Below, one piece after another: positions 12,001 to 23,763 of a stretch of DNA of 64,000 nucleotides. The position numbers were made by a program, and so were the translations under genes. This stretch comes from Monocercomonoides exilis PA203 (Eukaryota; Protista; Preaxostyla), in contig LSRY02000019.1 of assembly GCA_001643675.2 (NCBI GenBank), positions 1,054,001-1,118,000 on the forward strand, read 5' to 3'. Under the pieces are notes generated by a model, which saw only the letters and a program-made list of their open reading frames with translations, did not search any database and was not told where the DNA came from. The first letter of the stretch is position 1. The number at the start of each line of letters is the position of its first letter.

Positions 12001-13024
12001 ATGCATATAAATTTCCTTCTTCATCCATCGTGCATGATAGTCCAAATTTTCCAGTGTTCGTATACATTAGATTTTCATCATCCATCGTTGCATTTTTAAC
12101 GTCAGAGTTAAATCCAGCAGCTGTCAGATTCAAAATAAATAGTTTATTTATCGGCCTTGTCATTGTTCCTTCCTTACCGCTCCACATAATTCCATAACAC
12201 TCTGTTTCTGAAACATAACTTGCAAATCCGGATCGAAAAATTGCTCCACCAATATACTTATCGTAAACTATTTCAATGAGCTGGCAATCATCAGGATTTG
12301 CCAAGTTTATTCGGTAAGCACATGGTTTATTGCCAATATCACTTGTTAATCCTCCAAAAATAAATAAATAATCTTTGAATATGCATGCACCTCCATCACG
12401 TAGTGGAGGCGGATTTTTTGTGGGATTGTTTTCGCGTAAGCAACGCCACAAGAATGTTTGTTTGTTCAGTTCCCATATATCATTTAAAAGTCCATTAGAT
12501 CCTTGCCCTCCATAAATGTATACATGAGAGGATGTTTCTGCCTTGCAAGGGGCATATCTCTCGCAAGGTATTCTTCCTGATTGTGGAATAAAGACCCACG
12601 AACTTTGTTCAAAATCATATGAAAGCAACTCTTTTGACATTCCACTGCAACTTAATCCACCCCAAATATATATAATATCTTCAACATAAAATGTTACGCA
12701 CATGTATCTATCAGGAAGAACATCAAGATTCGCTGTTGGCATTATATTCCATAATTTTTTGTTTAAATCAAAAAAATATGAATCTTTCATGACATTTTCA
12801 TCCCCATCTCTCCCTCCCCCAATGATCAATCCATTTCTTTTGGTGTTGTTGATATAGAAAATGAATGACCCTTCACGGGGACAAGGTGGAGAGCCAGTGT
12901 TTGGTACGCTTTCAACTGCTTCTACTAAATCCTTATCTTCGGAGCAGACATTATGGATGCAATAAAGAATAATTAATAAAAATTTTTTGATGAGACTGTA
13001 ACTTATTATTTTCGCCAAAGTCAT
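9056..13024 (-). CDS. Kelch-repeat membrane protein with signal peptide, Cys-rich (GCC2/GCC3, ephrin-receptor-like) repeats and three predicted TM segments; intron about 9838-9951
   Basis: Repeated Kelch GG motifs (IYIWGG, VYIYGG, LFIFGG, IFVFGG, LYVVGG), then CSPGSF/CGDGAY/CPAGTS/CKDGTF repeats and hydrophobic segments. A GT-AG intron joins ORFs 9932-13024 and 9056-9898 in frame (PL-N-IYPVQ). Confidence 0.85.
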
Positions 13025-13559
13025 CTGAAAATGACTTCAAGGGAAGCTTTTAACTTTTTATGGGTATGGATATTTCTTCATTAGATATTTTTCCATAACT
13101 ATGAATTGTTTCGTAAAAAATTATAAATTCTGGATACAAACAAGTTTTTTCAAATAGTTCAACTTGTTAGACGAAACATCTATGTTGTTCCTGTAATTAC
13201 TCATTCATTCGATAAATATAATTTTTTTACTGATAAACCATGAAAAACCCGTAACAAGTCTGTCTTTCTCGTAAAAGCTTTATCAAACTCGGAAAAAGGA
13301 TAAAAAATTTAATCCTGGGTCGCATGCTATTGTGAAAAAAGTTAAAAAAAGTGTTTTTGAATACAATTCGAAACATGATCGTAAATTATATTTATTATTT
13401 TTCTATTGATTCAAACAGAAAGATTTTTTCAGCAAAGAAGAATGCAAACAAAAACAGCATCCGGGATAAATAGCAGAAATTTTTTTTCTTGATAAAGGAA
13501 GTGGATACAACATTGAAAATTAAGTTATTATTGGTAAAATAGGGTGACGAAGAAAGAAA

Positions 13560-15007
13560 CACTGCGAAGCAGTGAAAATGGATATTGACAGCATCAGTGA
13601 TTGAACAATCTTCTGCATTTGCGAAAAAGATGGCAGGTGTGCTATTTTTAGATAATTTAACCTATGCAAAACTTATTATTTTTATGTATTATTTGAACTT
13701 TTTTCCATTCCAACCAACAGTTTTTTTTGTGTTGAGCTTCATTCCTGGTGACAATCCATTTCAAGTTGCGTATTTGCGGATTATATGGTTTCTTCTTCTC
13801 CTCCTCCAATCTCTTCATTGACAATATTCTTGTTTGGTTGATGTGAAGAACGCGTTTTTCGTTTTTGAGAATTTACTATTTGGACAGCCATCATATTCTC
13901 ATGTTACAACACAAAATAAATCTGCCTTCTCTTGCTGCTATTGGCTGTAATGAAATTGGAACCTGTCCATTATGTCAGCATTTTCTTCAGATGATTCTTG
14001 CTCGCCTTTGTTGCCCAGTTCGTCCAAAGAGCGCAATCAGATTCAATTCACATTATTTCTCTTTCACATTCTCTTTCTTCTTTCGTTCTTTCTTCACATC
14101 TTCTGTTGAAAGAATTTTATTTACAAAAGCAGTCATTGTGTTGAAATCTGATCATTCAGCATTAACTTCATAATCGCCTTCTTCTTCTACTTCCTCTTCT
14201 TCTTCTTCTTCTACTACTCCATCTTCTTCTCCCACTCTTGATTCAAGTTCTTCAATTTCTCCTATTTCTCGCACATCTTCTTCTTCTATATCTTCTTCCT
14301 CCTCCTCCTCCTCTGCTTCTTCTTTCATTTCTGCCAAATTTTCTTCTTCTTCCTCTTCTTCTTCTTTTGTTCCTGATTTATCTCTTTCTTTAACCTCTTC
14401 TTCTTCTCCACCAACTTCTTCTTCTTCTTCCTCTTCCTCTTCTTCCTCTATATCATCTTCTTTATCATCAACATCTACTTCTTCTTCTTCTTCTATCCAA
14501 CCTCCCCTCAACAATAACAACAACAACATTCTCCCTCAATCTCTTTCTCCTCCTGCTTATCTCAGCTCAAATCTTGTCTCTTAACAGCTGATCCATTCTT
14601 TGCCTTCTTATCACTCAGTGATGATGGAAAGAAAAGAGAATAGAAGAAATAATACTGGAACAACTTCTGGTAATGATAATAATTCTACTCGATTGTCTAA
14701 TGAACCTTTATCTTCTTCCTCTTCATCTTCATCGTCTTCTTCTTCTCACCCCTTCTTCTCAGACAATTTCAAATTCCCTGATCTTCTCTCTGATTCCCCT
14801 TTCGTCACACTCACTTTATCACTTCCTCCTTCCTCCTCCTCCTCCTCCTCTTCTTCTTCTTCTTCTTCTTCTTCTTCTTCTTCAAATGGAATAATAACTC
14901 AGATGAATACGATAGAGAACAAAACTCCAAATGAAATAGGAATGCAACAAAATATAACAACTCAACAGATGGATAATCAAAACAATTTTTTTAATAATTC
15001 CTTTGCG

Positions 15008-15039
<32 letters not shown>

Positions 15040-16461
15040 CTCTTCTTCCTCTTCCTCTTCTTCTTCTTCTTCTTCTTCTTCTTCTTCGCCTTCTTCTTTT
15101 GCCAATATCTTCATTAGATTCCACTTTCATTGTATTTTTAGCACCAATAATTCAGCGTCATTTTCTATTTTTTGAAGAGAAAGAAGAGGCAACTACACAA
15201 AGGCGTTCAATTAACGTGCAGATATCCATTTTTATCGAAAATCTTCTGTCTCCCCATCTGTTGCTTGTTTCGTGATTGGGATTATATGTTCATTCTCCGT
15301 TCAACATATCAAATACGAAATTATTTGTTGTTTGATGGACAATATCGAATAAAGCCTTCCAGCTCTTGCGGAAACATCATTTGATAACTTATGGATTTCT
15401 CAATCGTCGCATTTATTCTCCTTCATCTTTTTTGTCTTCTTCATCTTCCTCGTCTTTCGCAGCCACCTCATCTGCAACTTCAGCCTCCGATTCATTCAAT
15501 TCCTTCTTCCTCCTCTCGTTCTGCCTCATCATCTGCTTCTTCCTCTTTCTCCTATTTTTTCTCCTCTTCCTTCTCTGCTTTGAAATCTGCAGAGCGCAAA
15601 CAAACAGCTTCCGATGTATTGCAATATCTTCTCGATGCTATCCTTCTTCATGTAGCATCCTCCATCCTCAATTCCAACAGCCCTTCCGTCGTTGCTCGTT
15701 TCTTCAATCTGTCATCTGTGTTTCAGTATAATGTTGATGCTTATCCCTCTTTCACTTCATCCTCTTCTTCATCTTCTGTTTTGCCATCTGAAGAAAATAA
15801 CAATTCTTCTTCTTCTTCTTCTTTCCCATTTGGATTCATTTCTCCATCTGATTTCTCTTCCTCCACTTCAAATGCATCTTCTCTTCCATCTTTCTCAAAA
15901 CTGCCTCACACATTATCATTTTCCTCCTCCTCAATATCGTCCATGCCGCTTCCTCCTCTTCCTTCTTCTTCTTTCCCTTTCTCTCTCCTCTCTCCCTCGT
16001 GTGTCTGGGCGTTCATCGGTATTGTTGCTGCAAACCCTGGAAGAGCTCAATGGAAGCAGTTAGCTCATTCATTTCCTTCTCAAACAGCTTCCTCCTCCTC
16101 TTCTTCTTCTTCTGTTTATTTCCAAACACATTCTGAAGGCTTCACTCAACAACTTCGGTGTGCTTCTTTCTCGAACTCAACCGGCTGTTCCTTCTGTGAA
16201 GACTGCAATTCCACCTTCTGTAAGCTACAACAACTCCAATAATAACAACGATATCATCAATATCAATAATAACATTGTCTGTGACAGCATCGGTGGAAGC
16301 AAGTATCCCACTACATCTCCCTCGCTTTCCTCTTTATTTTCTGCAGCCATTCGACAAATCCCTTCTTTCTCTGTATCTTCTCCTCCTTCTCAATCTTCAC
16401 CCTTTCCATTTCCGTCTTCTATCTCCTCCTATCCAACACACCCATCACTACCTCTTCTTCT

Positions 16462-16493
<32 letters not shown>

Positions 16494-16900
16494 CTCCTCT
16501 TCTTCTTCTTCCTCCTCCTCTTCTTCTTCCACTTAGCAGCTTCTTCCTCTTCTTCCTCTTCTTCCTCTTCGTTGTCTTCTTCCGCTTCCTCTTAACGGAA
16601 AAATTTCCGCTGGCATTGGATCAATCCATGGACATTCTGATGCATATATTCCATTCAATTCTTCAGCACATATAAACTGAACCAAAAATCAAATCATTCT
16701 CATTTCTTCGCCTCAATATATCAACGTCGAATGATTGACATTTTCATTCATAATACTGGAAATGAAATGCCATCAATATGGATTCATTTCATTTTATTTC
16801 TTCTTCTTCAACGCCTCCTTCGATGATCAACAAAAATATTTATATTTCCACTTCATTCAACTCCAGCCAAATTCAACACCATTCCTCGTCTTTCATTTCA
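13560..16900 (+). pseudogene. Degenerate Ser-rich protein gene
   Basis: Coding-like TCT/TCC Ser tracts. The frame shared by ORFs 13865-14173 and 14600-15175 is broken by in-frame TAAs, followed by several frameshifts. No recognisable domain; boundaries approximate. Confidence 0.5.
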
Positions 16901-17354
16901 ATCCAGAACCACAGATAATTATTAATACTACCACAGAATATCAGCTGAAATTATGAGACAACGAAATGAAAGTAACTTTTTGTGGAGAATAGCCGATTGG
17001 CATGTCAAAATTAAAAAAAGGAGGACAGCTCTGACTTTTCACATTTTGAAACCGAAGCATTGGCAGTGAAAACAGAAAAAACATTGAAGCAGTTCTTTTT
17101 TGAAATGGATGGGTTCCAAAATAGAGTTCGGAAGGTTACACAACTTCACACGCCTTCAACATATCGAGCAGATGACATATGAATGAATGAGTTTTGGAAG
17201 AAATTCAAATTTGGAGGAGAATTCTATAAAAATAAGAGAATAAATGTCCGACAAGAAATGTTGATTTCATCAAATGCACATGTGAGATGTTTTCTTCAAT
17301 TTTGTGTGCCATCTTCCCAACTTTCTTCGACTCTGCTGTAAGCTCACTTATTTT

Positions 17355-18600
17355 CTAGAAAATAGGTTCATGCAATAATATCAGCTTTATGATTAGCATC
17401 TTCTTTAGAAGCCCCGTCGCATTGTGCGCACTCTTGTAGGGAGTCTTTTCCAACTCGCAATACATTGCTTTGATGCCAAGATGACCATCCACGTATTCAT
17501 CGTCAGCTGAATGCCCGTCAAGAAATATGAATAAATCGATATCCCAATCACCGAATGCTTCTGTTCTGTCGTGTCCAACAACCGAGTTGTCTTTCTGAGT
17601 GATGCTTATCATGAAGGCGAACATGGGTTCCTTCACAGAAGCGACAAGGGATTCACACACAAAATTCATATCTCTTCCGACACTCGCTTTGTTGGCTGAA
17701 AACACGATATTGGTGATGGCAAAGGAGGATTCTGACACTTCTGAATTATCCTTGTACTCGATCATGAGAGCACCGCCTCTTCCTCCAGAACTTGTATCCT
17801 CGCTCACACAGCAGCTGGAGAAATTTGTGTCTCTCACTGAAAAGGAGTTGGCAGAGACGGATGAAGCGAATGAGATGCACCCGCCATTGGTGGCAGTCTG
17901 TTGGCTTTGTGGAGCTGAGTGGATGTTGGTGATGGTGCAGTTGGCGAGGAAGAGGGAGAGGGCAGGGGAGGTGGCAGAGGAGAGGACACAGCTGGCGGGG
18001 GAAGCTGTGGAGGTGATGTGGGTGATGCTGGAGGAGTTGAGGGTGAGGGGATTTGTGAGGGAGGTGAGGTGGAAGATGCTTTGGCTGTTGAGGGGGAGAC
18101 TGGTGATTGCTGTGTGGTTGAGGGTGAGTGAGCCAGCAGTGAAAAAGAAGAGGGGAGTTTTTATTGTTATGGAGGTTGTTCCGGTGATGGTGGTTGTGTT
18201 GAGGTTGAGGGACGGGGAGTCATTGGAGAGGTGGAAGAGGATGGGGGTGATTTGATTTGAGGAGTTGTGGGCGATGGCGAGGGCAGAGACTGTGAGGGAG
18301 CCCTGGGTCTGTTGGAAGAGGGCAGAAGTGGCAGATGGATCCGGTGGTGGTGAGGGAGATGATGAAGAAGAATTTGGTTGAAGAATGCCACTGGAAGTAA
18401 TGGTGGTGGTAGTTGTGCCACTTCCTGTGATTTTTGTATTTGGAGAACGGAATGTGAGAGTGTTTGTGGGAGTGAAAGTGGAGACGAGAAAAGAGAGGGA
18501 GGAATCGCTGAAGGGAGCAACGCATCAGAGAGCATTCTCCACTGTGGCGCATGGGATCTGTTGAGTTCTATCACAGACTTCAGCATCAGATCCATTGTTG
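17355..18600 (-). pseudogene. Fragment of a beta-helix-like (pectin-lyase/polymorphic-membrane-like) surface-protein family gene
   Basis: The frame of ORF 17355-17837 extends upstream without Met (LFQQTQGSLTVS...TNGGCISF...FSSCCVS..GGRGGALMI...FSANKASVGRD). GG(A/C)I and FxxN motifs are typical of such repeats. Frameshifted near 18320 and truncated at both ends. Confidence 0.6.
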
Positions 18601-18893
18601 GTAACAAAATTGATACAAGATGTCATAACGAAAAATGGATGTGTATTTTGTTTCGCAGCAGCTTGACAACTAATGACAGGTTTAAGAATGAAATAAGTTA
18701 TTTTCATGTTAAAGAAAAGGCTGAATATCTGTATTAGCAGAACAAATCGGAAAGATAGGACTGCATGGCAAAACCTCAGGTTATTGTTTAATACTTTTTT
18801 ATTTCTGAGAAATATTATTTTTGATCTTTATTAACTTATTATTTGTTAAATTTATTTGTTGTGAAGTTGATGAAAAACTGGGCGGCAAAAAAC

Positions 18894-20225
18894 CTAAGAG
18901 ATCTTTAAGACAAAGGAAAACCGAGGTAAAATGATAAAAAAACCGAAATCAGAAAAGTGCAAATTGCAAAATAATAATTCTTCGTTGTCTTCTATTTCTT
19001 TGTTGCTCTCATCACAAGCTATTTTCCGTTGTTTTGAACACTCCAAATGCATTTCTTCATCGTGCATTGCTTTTCGTTTTCTTTTCATTTTCTCCCTGAA
19101 AAATAAATTTGATTCGCATCTTTTTTCCCTTTGTCTTTCCACCTCATCTTTATTAAAAATAAGGCATTGCTTCTTAAACTTCCCATCGTCTTCTGTCAGA
19201 TCGTTTGCCTGTATGTTTAGATTTGTCAGCCACACAGCTATTTCAATGTCAATATTTGCGTCATCCAGCCCATTACGATATCTGCTAGCACATTGCTTCC
19301 ACAGTCGTTTCATCCTGCCGAAAAACCATTCAACAGGAATCCTCTTTTTAGCTAACTGCGCATTGCATTCGATCTCTTCTTTGGCTTTAGTATTTATTAT
19401 CGGAGTTATTAACTCCAAACCTTCCACCACCCCCTGATATCCTCGATCAGCTATTATTTTCCATTGAGAATTGAATTCATTCAGGCTATTCTTTTGTCTG
19501 TCCTCATTTGTAACTTGCAAGTATTCAACTAATGGATGTAAATCTCTTTTTAACAAAGAGAAATCATGAATGTGCCCCTCAACTACTTCAGATATGAATA
19601 AAGCTTCAAATGGATGAGAAGCGGCAACAGCAACTTATATTTTAACACCATAAACTTTATGATGTCCGTCCCAAAGAAGTTTTTGATTTTCAAAACTTCC
19701 GACTGGCTTCTCAGTTCGTATGGAGGTCGCATCAACTAACAACGCAACATCTCCGAATAAGTCGTCGCCTTCAATTAAAACTGGTCTTCTCTTTTTTTCG
19801 TTCATTTGCCTGAGAACATGTAAGATAAATGGACGGATGAAATTTATCGAGTCAGAAATGATATGGTTTGTTTTACCAAGCCACAGCCCAATTTGTGTTT
19901 GTGTTGCACCTGTTGACAACCATTCTAAATAATAAAGTAGTTTATCCGCTGTTGTGATAAGTCCCTTTGGTCCTCTCCTTGGTATTTTTGAAATTAGGCT
20001 GTCGAGTTCGCTGACAATAGTAAAAATCTGACATTCAGACAACTTGTATCTGAAAAAGGACTTTTTTGTTCAAATAAATTCGTACAATTTTCCTTCTGGC
20101 TCTGGGGAAGGAAGATCTCTAATTTTTGTTTTAGAGATTCGAGTTTCAATTCTTTGTTGATAAGAATCTGATTCACGAATTGCACGTTCATAAATTTTTT
20201 CATTTTCTTTATCATTATCTTTACA
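18894..20225 (-). mobile_element. PIF/Harbinger(ISL2EU/IS5-like)-type DDE transposase pseudogene with two in-frame stops
   Basis: One frame gives an HTH region (DKLLYYLEWLSTGATQTQIGLWLG), then LLVDATSI, WDGHHKVYGVKI*VAV, HDFSL, IIADRGYQG and KKRIPVEWFFGRMKRLW. Stops: TGA at 20070-20072 and TAA at 19635-19637. TIRs not identified. Confidence 0.85.
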
Positions 20226-20854
20226 AAAATTTTATGATAATTACAACACAAAAATAATTCGAAATTAAAAAGACAAACTCATTATCTTTTGTAATCGGTT
20301 GAGAGCTTGAAATGAAATACATTTGAGTCAAATTTGTTTGACTTGAATTACTGGAAATTTGACATGAACTTAAAGCTGTTGAAGAAGTAGCTGATAAAGA
20401 AGACTCTGGTAAAAAATGAATTCCGATTGAATGATTAGTAATAGGAATATCCGAATGTCCACCATGAGAGCTTGAGCTGTTATAAAATAGTATATCAATA
20501 CAAATTTTTAAAACAACAGATAATAATTAAATTATGTTTTTTTTTCATGATTATGAAACGATGCACACATAATATATGGATCAACCAACTGTAAAAAGCT
20601 CACTTTGTCTGATAAATTATCAGTAAATGCAACTGGAACACAAGTGACTCAAAACACATACAAATTTTGTTTCCTTTTATATATATAATCTTTCTATGAA
20701 AAAATGGGTTTTTATCGTAACAAGTATAATTTATCCGTAACAAGTCTTTATTTTTAGAAACAACTTAGTATTTTGCTAAATACACGTAGTTGTCGAAAAA
20801 TATCTATTCTTCAATTTTTTTTTTTTTTTTAAGAAGAGTACTTCATTTTTATTT

Positions 20855-21850
20855 TTGGTGCATTATTTTTTCAATCTAAATATTTCGGTTCGTAATTTTC
20901 TTTTGAATGTCAACAAAAGAACACCGTAAAAACAAATGTTTATTAAGGACATCCACATGGTTATTTCAGCTCAAACATTTGGTTTTGACAGTTGAGAAAA
21001 ATTTGCAACTTGAATGCAAAATCTCATCTCAATTCCAAACAACATCAGAAAAATAAACGCAGGGAAAAAAGCTATGATTACAAAAATAATCACCCATATT
21101 TAAAAAATATCTTTTTATAATCATGAAGAAATCAAATTTTGAGTTTTTCCAAGATTTCTAAAATTATTTTTCTAATATTCAGTCGATATGAAAATGAAAA
21201 TCTAATATGCCAAAAGAATTTGAACAGATAAGATACGGTAGGAAGAAAAAATTTCGGAATTATTCCTCTTTCGGTTTATGAGAAATCGATCTTGTCATGT
21301 ATTTTTTGCATCATCTGTTGATAAGGGTGTTTTTTTTAAATCATAACTTTTTTTCAGTGTAATAATTATTTTGAAAATTCATTATCATTTGCTGAATAAT
21401 TGTCATTAAAATATTAAATGATTATAATTCGTTTCAAAAGCCAAAGTTTGACTTGAAATTATTGAAGCTGCATCATTTAAAAAATCTATCACTTTTCAGG
21501 GTTTATTCATGATATTTCTTTTCAAATGTCACACACTAAATTATTGACAGAAAGAATATGATTTCGAAAATTATCACCCATATCTAAATTTTTGGTGATA
21601 TGTTCATTTTGTTTTATTTTCAGGTGAAAATGAAAATTGTGCATTTTGATCAAATATTCATTTCACCTCAATCGATTTTACATTGATTAAATATAAATAC
21701 ATTGTCAAGCATTTGCCTTTGTGCCTGTGAAATTTGGTAAGTTCGTATGAAATTTTGATGCAAATATTCAATTTTAATTTTGACCTGAAAACAAAACAAA
21801 AGGAACTTTTCAAAATATTTTAAATAGGTAGTGAATAATTTTCTGATATT
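20855..21850. repeat. Cluster of degenerate inverted-repeat (MITE-like) units
   Basis: The motif TTTC/TACAAAAATAATCACCCATA occurs near 21078-21098 and 21560-21582, with reverse-strand versions near 20856 and 21325. A separate inverted repeat of about 80 bp pairs 21581-21660 with 21748-21826. Related to the element at 38612-38868. Confidence 0.65.
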
Positions 21851-22559
21851 ATTTGGGAAATAATATGGACTTTCAAGCTTTTTTTGCACAAAGCACAAAA
21901 AATTGCTTCACTCATAACTTTATTTCCCTCTCTCAGATTTCAAAATAAATTTGATTTTCAGATCCGTGAACATGCATTGTTGAAATCAAAACATAAAGTT
22001 TTCCAACGTTTCACGAACGTCAAATAATGAACACATTTTTATTGTGTTTTTTGATCTCAAAAAGTCAATGAAAAATGCATAATTTTTCATTGAAAATGCC
22101 TGAACTCAAATAATTTGTCCCATATCGGGACTCACAATTTTGCACAAAAAAATTGATAAAGTCATTAAGGTCATATATTGATTAATATGCAAATTATCAG
22201 TTATCGTGAATCTTACAAAGAAGTCAGTTAATTTTGAAAAAGTCATAAAAATTCGAATCTGCTGTCTTTGATCAAAAATGTTTGATAGCAAGATCTGAAG
22301 AAACAAAAGATAGACTAACAGTTTATAATTGAATTCGTTATTCAATGATAAAGAAAAAATAAAGATTTTGTTTTTTTCAACGTTTTCAAAAGTTCGCTTC
22401 AAAGGATGACACAAAATGCAGAAGCAAAAGGAGAATCATGGAGGAAACAAAAGGATACAAATATCTTTGGCGTCAAACTTGCCGAAAAAAACCTCAAGAC
22501 TTAAAAATTCAGTGTTTTCCAAAATGAAACTTCCTATATATATAGATTTACATATTCTG

Positions 22560-23340
22560 TTGTACTATTGGATTGGAATTTGATTGAAACAAATTCATTT
22601 CCTGACAGGTGTTTCACATCCAAAAATTGGTTATTGGACAAGCATTGTCCGAGTTGTTTGCACACAAATTTTGAATGAAACGATGCCAAAATATGGATTA
22701 TAGTGAAAACGTGTAGAAATTGATGAAGCTGTTTGGATAAGAAGGAACTATGGAAGAGGAAAAAAGAAGGATTTGCTTTGAATTTTCTGTGAAGCAGAGA
22801 GGAAGGAATTAGGAGAAGCTTGAACAAATTTTTAAATTATTTTTCCAAACTGGACAAAAGAAACATTGATCCCTATCAATCAAGAAAGGACATTAGCAGG
22901 CGCAACAATTATTTTCGATGAATTGAAAAGCTGCAATTGTTTGAAAGAATTGAGTTATAATCACAAAACGGTCTGTCAAAAAATGAACTTTAAAAATCCT
23001 GAAACTAGTGCTTTTTCACACACTGTTGAAGCGTTGTGGTGTCTTTCAAGATGGTTTTTTCCAAAGCATGGTGTTTAAAAAACATATGTTGCAGACTGCT
23101 TGTCCATTTGGCTTGTTCAAAGGACTCTTTAACCAAGTTTTGCTGATTTTTGCAAAAAATGATACATTTTCTTCCTAAAGAAAAACCCACTGTTGAAGAT
23201 GAAGAAATCGATTATTCTGAAAATGAAGAAATTCCTGATGCTGACGATATACTGCTTGGGCCGCGTGATGATGAAAAAGAAGAAGATTCAAATAGCGTTG
23301 ATGGCGAGAGTATGTTTCAAATTATTTTGATGAATTAACA
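22560..23340 (+). mobile_element. Merlin / IS1595(ISXO2)-type transposase remnant
   Basis: TLIPINQERTLAGATIIFDELKSCNCLKELSYNHKTVCQKMNFKNPETSAFSHTVEALW follows the ISXO2/Merlin C-terminal core (..GS.I.SD.W..Y..L....Y.H.TVNH...F..P.TG.HT..IE..W). A CPSC remnant lies upstream; several stops and an internal deletion. Confidence 0.8.
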
Positions 23341-23763
23341 GATATCTTCATTTGATCCATTTTTATAACAATCTATTGATTCGTTTTTTCAAAAATTTCC
23401 AACAACTTTTAATGCATTTCAACACTTTATAAACACAAAAGAAATCAATGGAAATAATAATAATCATAATTTGAAAGTTCCGATATTCTTTTAATTTGCC
23501 AAATAACCACATTCTTAATCAAAAATCAAAAATGAAACAGTTGTATTTGAAAATTTTTTGTGAAAAACAATTTTCAAGAATTTACAGCATATTATGGTTT
23601 TTTTTATTCAATTATTTGGGATCAAAGTCATTGGAAAAAGGGATTTTTTTGAAAATTGATCAAATTTCGTATTATAAGTTAATTTTTGATTCTTGAGCGT
23701 TTCTTGAATTAGAAAGTATTCTTTAAAAAAGAAAAGGAGGAAAAACATATTGTTTATTAATAT

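Noticed and set aside
17599-18255. 218-aa plus-strand ORF
   Set aside because: Antisense shadow of the minus-strand surface-protein fragment; no independent motif.
13249-20747. 13-bp direct repeat CCGTAACAAGTCT at 13249-13261 and 20735-20747 bracketing the pseudogene block
   Set aside because: Some 13-mer repeats are expected by chance in 64 kb, and no longer flanking similarity or TIR was evident.
18880-20750. Candidate TIRs for the Harbinger-type element (GGGCGGCAAAAAACC at 18880 and GGGTTTTTATCG near 20706)
   Set aside because: The match is too short and imperfect, and no TSD could be identified.
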